Of a stretch of 34,528 nucleotides of DNA, positions 1 to 6,756 are shown piece after piece; position 1 is the stretch's first letter, and each line of letters opens with the position of its first letter. The position numbers and the translations under genes were made by a program. The stretch comes from Pseudomonadales bacterium (GTDB taxonomy: Bacteria; Pseudomonadota; Gammaproteobacteria; Pseudomonadales; DC-out160): positions 1-34,528 of the forward strand of contig JAESQG010000566.1 in assembly GCA_016765265.1 (NCBI GenBank), read 5' to 3'. Under the pieces are notes generated by a model, which did no database searches, had not been told where the DNA came from, and saw only the letters and a program-made list of their open reading frames with translations.

Positions 1-1
1 A

Positions 2-382
2 GGCTCAAATGCCGTGGTCGTCAAAGGTGTCGAAGCTGGTGCCACTGTGGTGGGGGTGCCGGGCCGGGTTGTTTCACCCAAAAAAACAACGAGCAGTGAA
101 GAACAGCAACGGGCGGAAACGGCTAAAAAGCTTGGGTTTGATGCCTACGGAGCCACGAGTGATGCCCCGGACCCCGTGGCTAATGCCATTAACAGTCTAC
201 TGGATCACGTGCATGTTATGGATGGCAAAATGGCCTCCATGTGCGAGGCAATCAAACGGCTTGATGTAGAATTTAACGATGAAAAACTCCCGAACCTGGA
301 GAATTGCAGCATCAACCCCAGTGATGCCCCGCCGCAGGCTTCTTCCTCGTCAACCGGTGAAAATCAGGAAACTGAACGCTGA
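2..382 (+). CDS. cysE: serine O-acetyltransferase, C-terminal part (5' end lies off the window)
   Basis: The frame is open from the window edge. Hexapeptide-repeat-like GSNAVVVKGVEAGATVVGVPGRVV resembles the CysE C-terminus, followed by a long low-complexity tail. It lies directly upstream of iscR, a gene order known in pseudomonad-like gammaproteobacteria. Confidence 0.5.
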   Translation, partial: GSNAVVVKGVEAGATVVGVPGRVVSPKKTTSSEEQQRAETAKKLGFDAYGATSDAPDPVANAINSLLDHVHVMDGKMASMCEAIKRLDVEFNDEKLPNLENCSINPSDAPPQASSSSTGENQETER

Positions 383-487
383 ATTTGGTCGGTGCCAGAG
401 ACGGCTAATCACGAGCAAAGTAACCGTAGGCTGAATGAAATCAAGGTGTGCAGCCCATTTTTAGGCTGGAATGATGGTATTGCAACT

Positions 488-546
488 ATTACTTGACTAA
501 ACTTGTCGGATATAGATAATAGTACTTGACTAAATTTGTCGGATAT
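488..546 (+). promoter_or_regulatory. two tandem IscR type-1 operator-like sites within a 33-bp tandem duplication (490-522 and 523-555)
   Basis: TACTTGACTAAACTTGTCGGATAT (490-513) and TACTTGACTAAATTTGTCGGATAT (523-546) match about 21 of 24 positions of the IscR type-1 consensus as I recall it (ATASYYGACTRWWWYAGTCRRSTAT). The two 33-bp units differ only at position 502 (c) versus 535 (t). They lie upstream of iscR. Confidence 0.6.
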
Positions 547-801
547 AGATAATAGCAGATCAAATTGATCGGGTATTAGGGTGCGCAATTATTTTTCACC
601 CTACATTTTTCACCCTAAATAGATCAACAGGGAGAGCCTGGGAGAGACTGCTTGGGATTACATAGAATCCGGGTGGGTTTGACCAGAAAACGTAGCTTCG
701 GTAGGCTTCCGTTTAATTCCCGCGCTTTTAGTAAGCTTTAAGCGTTGATTGGTGGGCGGAGAGAGATCCGCCCCAACGTATGTAACCACTGAGGTGAAAT
801 T

Positions 802-1293
802 ATGAGATTGACGACCAAAGGCCGCTATGCCGTCACTGCAATGCTTGATCTGGCATTAAATGCTCAGGAACGGCCGATTACTCTGGCAGACATCTCCCAG
901 CGCCAGGGAATTTCTCTTTCCTATCTTGAGCAATTGTTTTCGCGCTTGCGCAAGCAAGGACTGGTGTCGAGCGCACGTGGCCCAGGGGGCGGATACCGCC
1001 TCAGTCGCGCTGCGAATGACATTAACATCGCTCAGATAATCGAAGCGGTTGACGAAAAAGTGTCAGTAACTCGTTGCGGCGGCAAGGGTGATTGTCAAAA
1101 TGGCGAATCTTGTTTAACCCATAAATTATGGTGCTCGTTAAGCGACCAGATTCACGGGTTTTTAGACAGCATTTCACTCGGAAGTCTGGTTGAAGAGGAA
1201 TATGTAAAAGTTGTCGCCGAGCGTCAGCTGAATGATACTCAGGAAGCGAATAGCCAGCCTGAAACAACGTTGCAGACCGCGACGAGCATGTAA
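802..1293 (+). CDS. iscR: Fe-S cluster assembly transcriptional regulator IscR (Rrf2 family)
   Basis: [19 protein letters not shown] is an Rrf2 winged-helix N-terminus. The cluster-ligand motif C-x5-C-x5-C-x2-H is present ([18 protein letters not shown]). A GAGGTG Shine-Dalgarno sequence precedes the ATG. Confidence 0.9.
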   Translation: MRLTTKGRYAVTAMLDLALNAQERPITLADISQRQGISLSYLEQLFSRLRKQGLVSSARGPGGGYRLSRAANDINIAQIIEAVDEKVSVTRCGGKGDCQNGESCLTHKLWCSLSDQIHGFLDSISLGSLVEEEYVKVVAERQLNDTQEANSQPETTLQTATSM

Positions 1294-1355
1294 TTTTCGG
1301 GTAGCGAAGCGCACATAGTGCGTGCCGCTAATCAGACCCGAACGGGTGCAAATAC

Positions 1356-2579
1356 GTGACTTCATTCGACCACATATATCTCGACAACAATGCATCCACG
1401 CCGATAGATGAGCGTGTTTTAGAGACCATGCTGCCGTACCTGCGAGGGCAATATGGAAATCCTTCCAGTGTGTATCAGCTTGGGCGCATGGCACGGGCTG
1501 CCATCGACGTTGCGCGAGAACAAGTTGCCACATTGGTTAACGCACACCCCTCGCAAGTGGTATTTACCAGCGGGGGTACTGAGGCTAATAATTTAGCATT
1601 GAAAGGTGCCGCGGGAAGATTGCTCCCAGGCAGTCTGGCAATCAGTGCCGTTGAACATGGATCAGTACGTGCTCCGGCGCAGGCTTTACGAAAACAAGGC
1701 TGGGTACTGAGTGAAGTTGGCGTTGATACCCAAGGGCGCCTCGATATGATGCAACTCAATGAGGTGATTTCCAGTCATCACATGAGTACCGCCAGCACTG
1801 GCGTACCCGGTAAGAGCATGTCTGGCAAGAAAAAGCCTGGCAAGATCGTAGCGGTAATGTTGGCTAACAATGAAACCGGCGTCATTCATAATGTCGTTGA
1901 GGTCGCGGAACTGGCCCGAGAAAATGGCGCACTGTTATTTGTCGACGCCGTACAGGCTGCCGGTAAAATACCCGTCGATTTCAAGGTAACAGGCGCACAG
2001 ATGATGAGCTTGTCGGCGCATAAAATGTATGGTCCCAAGGGGGCTGGTGCTCTGATCGTCGACAAATCGACTGATATGGAGCCTTTGCTTCATGGCGGTG
2101 GGCACGAAAAAGGTCGGCGCACGGGAACTGAAAATGTCGCCGCCTTTGTCGGGTTTGGCAAGGCCGCAGAACTGGCAATGGCTGAAATGGAATTGCGACA
2201 CCAGCGTGTTCAGCCATTACGTGAACATCTCGAACAACGTGTGATGGCAGAAATGCCGGAAGTGAAGATATTTGCTCAAGAGGCAGAACGATTGCCCAAC
2301 ACCAGTTTTTTCGCGGTACCGGGTGTGGATGGAGAGACGCTGTTAATGAGTCTCGATCAGGCGGGTTTGGCCGTATCCAGTGGCTCCGCTTGTAGTACCG
2401 GTGAAACAGACCCCAGCCATGTGTTAATGGCGATGGGCGTGGATAAAGCACTGGCGCGAGGAGCCATTCGCGTAAGTTTGGGAAAAGATTCACAACGCAA
2501 TGAAATAGATCGTTTTGTGGATTGTCTTAAACAGCAGGTACAGGCATTACAACGCTTTGCTGCCGTTGCGTACGCGTAG
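1356..2579 (+). CDS. cysteine desulfurase, NifS/IscS-like class V aminotransferase (GTG start)
   Basis: PLP-lysine motif SAHKMYGPKGAGAL and catalytic cysteine loop SSGSACSTG are present, with an N-terminal YLDNNASTP motif. It carries a Ser/Lys/Gly-rich insert (SSHHMSTASTGVPGKSMSGKKKPGK). Confidence 0.85.
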   Translation: MTSFDHIYLDNNASTPIDERVLETMLPYLRGQYGNPSSVYQLGRMARAAIDVAREQVATLVNAHPSQVVFTSGGTEANNLALKGAAGRLLPGSLAISAVEHGSVRAPAQALRKQGWVLSEVGVDTQGRLDMMQLNEVISSHHMSTASTGVPGKSMSGKKKPGKIVAVMLANNETGVIHNVVEVAELARENGALLFVDAVQAAGKIPVDFKVTGAQMMSLSAHKMYGPKGAGALIVDKSTDMEPLLHGGGHEKGRRTGTENVAAFVGFGKAAELAMAEMELRHQRVQPLREHLEQRVMAEMPEVKIFAQEAERLPNTSFFAVPGVDGETLLMSLDQAGLAVSSGSACSTGETDPSHVLMAMGVDKALARGAIRVSLGKDSQRNEIDRFVDCLKQQVQALQRFAAVAYA

Positions 2580-2812
2580 GTTAGTGTTTGCGGCTGTAGG
2601 GCATCAATCGCGTATATGCCGTTTATAAGCTGTATTAATAGAGAGTTGTTAATAAGTTTTATAGCGCTTTGACAGTAATTATGAAACATAAGTTTTGATT
2701 CGAGCTAATTCTGGGCATTAGGTTTCATAACGAAAGCTTCAGCTAATAAGGGTTATGCAAGATTGTTTTTGAAATTGTGTATTGAAATTGTTTTAGAGAA
2801 AGGTAACAACAA

Positions 2813-3094
2813 ATGACAATCAGTAATGAACGCCCCATCTACATGGATTATGCGGCAACAACGCCAATGGATCCCCGCGTCGCGGAAAAAATGATGCAGT
2901 TTTTGACCCCGGACGGCGAGTACGGCAATCCGGCTTCGCGTTCGCATTCCTATGGCTGGAATGCAGAATCGGCTGTTGAAGAGGCACGCAAGCACGTTGC
3001 CAGTCTGGTGAATGCCAATCCCAAGGAAATTATCTGGACCTCGGGTGCGACGGAGTCTGACAATCTTGCTATCAAGGGTGTGGCGCATTTCTAT
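2813..3094 (+). pseudogene. iscS: iscS N-terminal fragment (first 94 codons only), truncated at the compositional breakpoint
   Basis: [24 protein letters not shown]...[19 protein letters not shown] is near-collinear with IscS residues 1 to about 94. After codon 94 the ORF reads [15 protein letters not shown] with no IscS similarity, in AT-rich DNA. The PLP lysine and catalytic cysteine regions are absent from the window. Confidence 0.8.
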
Positions 3095-3201
3095 AACTCT
3101 TTCGTGAGATATTTTTCTAGTGATAAAAATATTCACAAACCTTTGACTATCACTTTGACTAAATCTATTCGTATTCATAGCTACTCCAATCTATTCTTAA
3201 A

Positions 3202-4029
3202 TTATAAAACACAAGAAACGGCAGGTCTATACATTTCAAATTCTTCTTCTGTCCAAGAAGAATCTTTCCCTTTTAAGAACGCCATAACTTTATTTTGAGC
3301 CGCTTCACCATAAAAATTTCTAGCAAATCTTGGAATTTTTGAATCTCCATTATTTTTATTATCTCTAAACTTTTTAACTTGATTTGATAAATATTTTAGC
3401 GAAGTCGATAACAAAATCCCCGGACTACCATTAACTCTTTCGCAAGGTTTGGCTTCACCAATTTGCTGAAAACAAAATAGTTTAGTATAAAATTTTAAAT
3501 GTCTTGGGTGCACTTCTACAAGAAAGTCCGTTTGCTTCATATTGTGAAAAGCATGGATGAAAATAAAATGAAACATTCTCAACAAAATAGTCTTTGATGT
3601 TCTATATTCCGGTGCTATTGCTAGACGAGTAATCTCCGCTAATCGACGATTCATTTTTCTTAATGAAAATAATTCCTCATTAAAAATTTGATCACATGGT
3701 AGCCCGTCACCAGCTTCAAAATTTAAAGTTACAGTGCCAACGGCTTTTCCTTCTTTGGTTTCTACCAATAATGTAAAAACGTTTTTACCACCATCAAAAC
3801 TATTTACACAAACTTTATCTTCATTATGAATATATCCTGATTCGTTGTACACTTTGTAACCCAATTCATAGGCCTTTCGTCTAGAATCAATGTCCGTAGC
3901 GACAATAAAATTAAAATCTTCTTCATCATTTAAGTCAACTTTTAGCACAGGTTTTTTAGCAGTAGCGCTAATTATTTTTATGACTTGTGAAACAGCTGAA
4001 ATTCTTCTTTTTTTATTTGAAGCAATCAT
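3202..4029 (-). CDS. FeeM-type long-chain N-acyl amino acid synthase (NAS paralog A)
   Basis: GNAT-like motifs shared with the two other paralogs: [57 protein letters not shown]. The start is set at ATG 4029 because AGGAG lies 7 nt upstream. The ORF-track ATG at 4071 overlaps the predicted -12 promoter element. Confidence 0.7.
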   Translation of the reverse strand: MIASNKKRRISAVSQVIKIISATAKKPVLKVDLNDEEDFNFIVATDIDSRRKAYELGYKVYNESGYIHNEDKVCVNSFDGGKNVFTLLVETKEGKAVGTVTLNFEAGDGLPCDQIFNEELFSLRKMNRRLAEITRLAIAPEYRTSKTILLRMFHFIFIHAFHNMKQTDFLVEVHPRHLKFYTKLFCFQQIGEAKPCERVNGSPGILLSTSLKYLSNQVKKFRDNKNNGDSKIPRFARNFYGEAAQNKVMAFLKGKDSSWTEEEFEMYRPAVSCVL

Positions 4030-4065
4030 TTTATTTCTCCTGTGATAATAAACATATTGAGTATA

Positions 4066-4082
4066 AAGCATTTAGTATGCCG
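4066..4082 (-). promoter_or_regulatory. sigma-54 (-24/-12) promoter candidate for NAS A
   Basis: The minus strand reads CGGCAT-ACTAA-ATGCTT. GG is at 4081/4080 and GC at 4069/4068, exactly 10 nt apart. The element lies about 40 nt upstream of ATG 4029, and a sigma-54 activator gene is divergent 150 bp away. Confidence 0.6.
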
Positions 4083-4223
4083 AATATTCACTATTTCATA
4101 AATACAGTATTTTCAATGGGTTAGAATATTACAGAGAAAAGATGGATAATTATTTTGACTTCAGTCGTTTAATTATTACTAATAATATCTCTATATTTTC
4201 TCTATTGATTATAGGCAATTATA

Positions 4224-6602
4224 ATGGCTTCAAAAAATAAAACGTATCATCCATTGATTGCCGCTTTTATTGAAAAGCTACATTGGTGGGACACCTTAGA
4301 AAAAATAAAAAAAAAGCTAGACACAGATGTATATAATATTTTCAAGCTACATGAAGATCTTCACAAGACACCTCGTGAAAATATAGAGCAATTAGCAGAG
4401 AAATTCAAAAAGGCCATTCCACTCTTTAACAATTTTCTTAAAAAAAAATGTGACCCAGACCTTCAGTTTTTATCGCTACTCTATTGGTTTGAGGACTGCA
4501 TGAAAGTTGGGACATTTATAGATGCAGATTTCGTAAAAAATCATTTAGAAAAAATTCTTAATAAAAATACTCCTGATGAATTGCAAAGTATTTTCTATGG
4601 ACATACTGGAGTTTATTATCGGAAAAAAGGAAATGCCTCTAAAGGAAATGAATATTTATTAAAATGTGTTCAATGCCTGAAACCAGATAATCCAAGATTC
4701 ATTCCCGTTTTAATTAATTATGGAAATATCACTAGCTATTTTGGTACGTATCCAAAAATTAAAAATGACATTGAGCTATATTTAAAAGATACAGACAAAG
4801 ATTTTAAACATTGGGGTGATCTATTACTATTTTTTTATTCTATTGAAATGGGTCATTTAAAACAAGCATGGGATGCCTTAAAAAATGTTCCAGAAAATGC
4901 ACCTGGAGTGCTATTTTATTATCATAAATTCAAAATTCATTCGTTTGCCATCGCTTTAAATAAAATGATTCAAAATTGGAATATCACTGATTTTTCAAAA
5001 GTTGAAAAACAGGAAATTGATGAATTCATTCGCGACAGGTATAATCCAGGGAGTTTCGATCGAGGGTATAATATAAAGATTGAAATATTAGATAATATCT
5101 ATTCAGGTAATAGCGATGAAGTAATTAAATTGACTCAAGAGGATAAATTAAGAAACAGAGATCATTGGGAATCAAGTTGGTTTTATTGCTCTCAAATTAG
5201 AATTGAACTCATGGCGGGCAATATTGAATCAGCCGAAATATTATTAAAAAATCTCATTTCAATTGGATATGAATTTATATGGAACGACTGGTTTATGACA
5301 CGAATTGAGCTAGCCAAAAAAAATATCGATGCTGCAAAATATTATTTTCAGAAATTATTAAAATCAGTACAAAAACATAATGCTGAAGATCGCTTTAACT
5401 TTGAGGTCAAAATAGCCCATGAAATAAAGGCAACCGATTTAATTCTATTATCAGACAATAAGAATTTAAAAATTAAAAAGCCCTCAAAGACCAAAATAAA
5501 TTTAGATATTGACAGAATGCCGGCAATCATTGGAATAAGCAAACAGGTAATTAAATTAAAAGAATCAATATCAAAAGTTGCCCCGCATGACATCAATGTT
5601 TTAATTCTAGGAGAGACAGGTACAGGTAAAGAGGTAGTCGCAAAATCACTGCACAATTTAGGCCCAAGAAAAAAAGAACCATACATTGCAATCAACTGTG
5701 CCGCCATTTCAGAAACATTACTTGAATCTGAATTATTTGGCCATCAGAAAGGTGCTTTTACGGGGGCAACAGAATACCATAAAGGTGTTTTTGAACAAGC
5801 GGGTAAGGGTACCGTTTTTTTGGATGAAATTGGTGAGATCAGCTCCAACATTCAAAGTGCTTTATTAAGAGTTTTAGAAACTAAAGATATTAAGCCGATC
5901 GGATCATCTAAATCTTTAAAAATTAATTGTCGTATCATCGCTGCAACTAATGCCAATCTAGAGTTGAAAGTAAAAAATAACGAATTTCGAATGGATCTTC
6001 TGCATCGCCTTAACAGAGTAGTCGTACATACAAATCCACTAAGAAAAAAAATCGAAGACATCCCCCACTTAAGCCAATATTTCTTAAATCAAAATCCGAA
6101 CTTCACAAAAGAAGCGAATCTAACCTTTGAGGCTATTGAAGCTTTAAAAAAATACCCGTGGCCAGGTAATGCTAGAGAACTTAAAAATGAAATGGAAAAC
6201 CTTCGGATTTTCAATTATGAGACATCCCTTTATGATCTTCAAGATTTAGATCCAAAATTTCATGGCCGAGCGGAATCCACTGAAAAAGCAGAAGCCCTAT
6301 CCCTTTCAAGTCTGCAAAGCTCCGAAAATAAACACGCGAAACCAACGGAGATAATTGATAGAGAACAAATCTTGGCAACTGAAGTTTTGTCAAACAATAA
6401 AATTTTCTTTCGAAGAATCGAAAAAATCAAAAAACTTTTTGATATTCATAACATATTAACACGAGCAGAATTAATAAAAATCATGGGAGTTTCTCACTTG
6501 ACAGTAACAAAAGATTTGAAGCTATTAATTGAACAAGACTATATTAAAAAAGTCATGCCGAGTAAATCTCCACGTTCACATTATTTTGAAAAACTACCTT
6601 AG
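4224..6602 (+). CDS. sigma-54-dependent transcriptional activator (bEBP 1) with a helical-repeat N-terminal domain and a winged-helix C-terminus
   Basis: Walker A GETGTGKE (about 5610-5633), GAFTGA (5751-5768), Walker B VFLDEIGE, and ESELFGH are present. There is no receiver, GAF or PAS signature in the roughly 430-aa N-terminus. The C-terminus LTRAELIKIMGVSHLTVTKDLKLLIEQDYIKKVMPSKSPRSHYF looks like a wHTH rather than a Fis-type HTH. Confidence 0.85.
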   Translation: MASKNKTYHPLIAAFIEKLHWWDTLEKIKKKLDTDVYNIFKLHEDLHKTPRENIEQLAEKFKKAIPLFNNFLKKKCDPDLQFLSLLYWFEDCMKVGTFIDADFVKNHLEKILNKNTPDELQSIFYGHTGVYYRKKGNASKGNEYLLKCVQCLKPDNPRFIPVLINYGNITSYFGTYPKIKNDIELYLKDTDKDFKHWGDLLLFFYSIEMGHLKQAWDALKNVPENAPGVLFYYHKFKIHSFAIALNKMIQNWNITDFSKVEKQEIDEFIRDRYNPGSFDRGYNIKIEILDNIYSGNSDEVIKLTQEDKLRNRDHWESSWFYCSQIRIELMAGNIESAEILLKNLISIGYEFIWNDWFMTRIELAKKNIDAAKYYFQKLLKSVQKHNAEDRFNFEVKIAHEIKATDLILLSDNKNLKIKKPSKTKINLDIDRMPAIIGISKQVIKLKESISKVAPHDINVLILGETGTGKEVVAKSLHNLGPRKKEPYIAINCAAISETLLESELFGHQKGAFTGATEYHKGVFEQAGKGTVFLDEIGEISSNIQSALLRVLETKDIKPIGSSKSLKINCRIIAATNANLELKVKNNEFRMDLLHRLNRVVVHTNPLRKKIEDIPHLSQYFLNQNPNFTKEANLTFEAIEALKKYPWPGNARELKNEMENLRIFNYETSLYDLQDLDPKFHGRAESTEKAEALSLSSLQSSENKHAKPTEIIDREQILATEVLSNNKIFFRRIEKIKKLFDIHNILTRAELIKIMGVSHLTVTKDLKLLIEQDYIKKVMPSKSPRSHYFEKLP

Positions 6603-6756
6603 TCCTCAACATTAACTTTTTTCAAATTAAGTATCTATATGTAAAACCGCTACAACTCATTCTGTTGTAATATTGTTTCCATACAACATATATATAGAAA
6701 CACCAAATTAGAAGACTAAACTTCTTTGAAAAGAATTCAATTTGAGAATATCTACC

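Noticed and set aside
9-269. 86-aa ORF overlapping the cysE 3' end in another frame
   Set aside because: It is an out-of-frame overlap with the hexapeptide-repeat frame, and its translation is Trp/Pro/Arg-rich, as expected of an off-frame read.
1022-2689. Antisense and overlapping ORFs in the GC-rich block (1022-1267, 1174-1533, 1475-1759, 1686-1889, 1935-2201, 1981-2493 and 2357-2689, all minus strand)
   Set aside because: These are shadow ORFs opposite iscR and the cysteine desulfurase, which is typical of GC-rich DNA. Their translations are low-complexity and Arg/Pro/Cys-rich with no recognisable motifs.
2753-3178. Minus-strand ORF of 141 aa opposite the iscS fragment
   Set aside because: It is antisense to a well-supported coding fragment and spans the compositional break. 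It has no motifs.
3095-3201. Possible mobile-element end or att site at the GC/AT junction (short direct repeat CTTTGACTA at about 3140 and 3153; AT-only stem ATATTTTT/AAAAATAT)
   Set aside because: No terminal inverted repeat, transposase or integrase is present, and no matching repeat occurs elsewhere in the window. The AT-only stem is too weak to call a terminator.
3095-3298. The 3' part of ORF 2813-3298 ([15 protein letters not shown]...)
   Set aside because: It is chance read-through of the truncated iscS frame into AT-rich foreign DNA. It has no IscS similarity and lies in the 3' flank of the convergent NAS A gene, so it is not a real coding extension.
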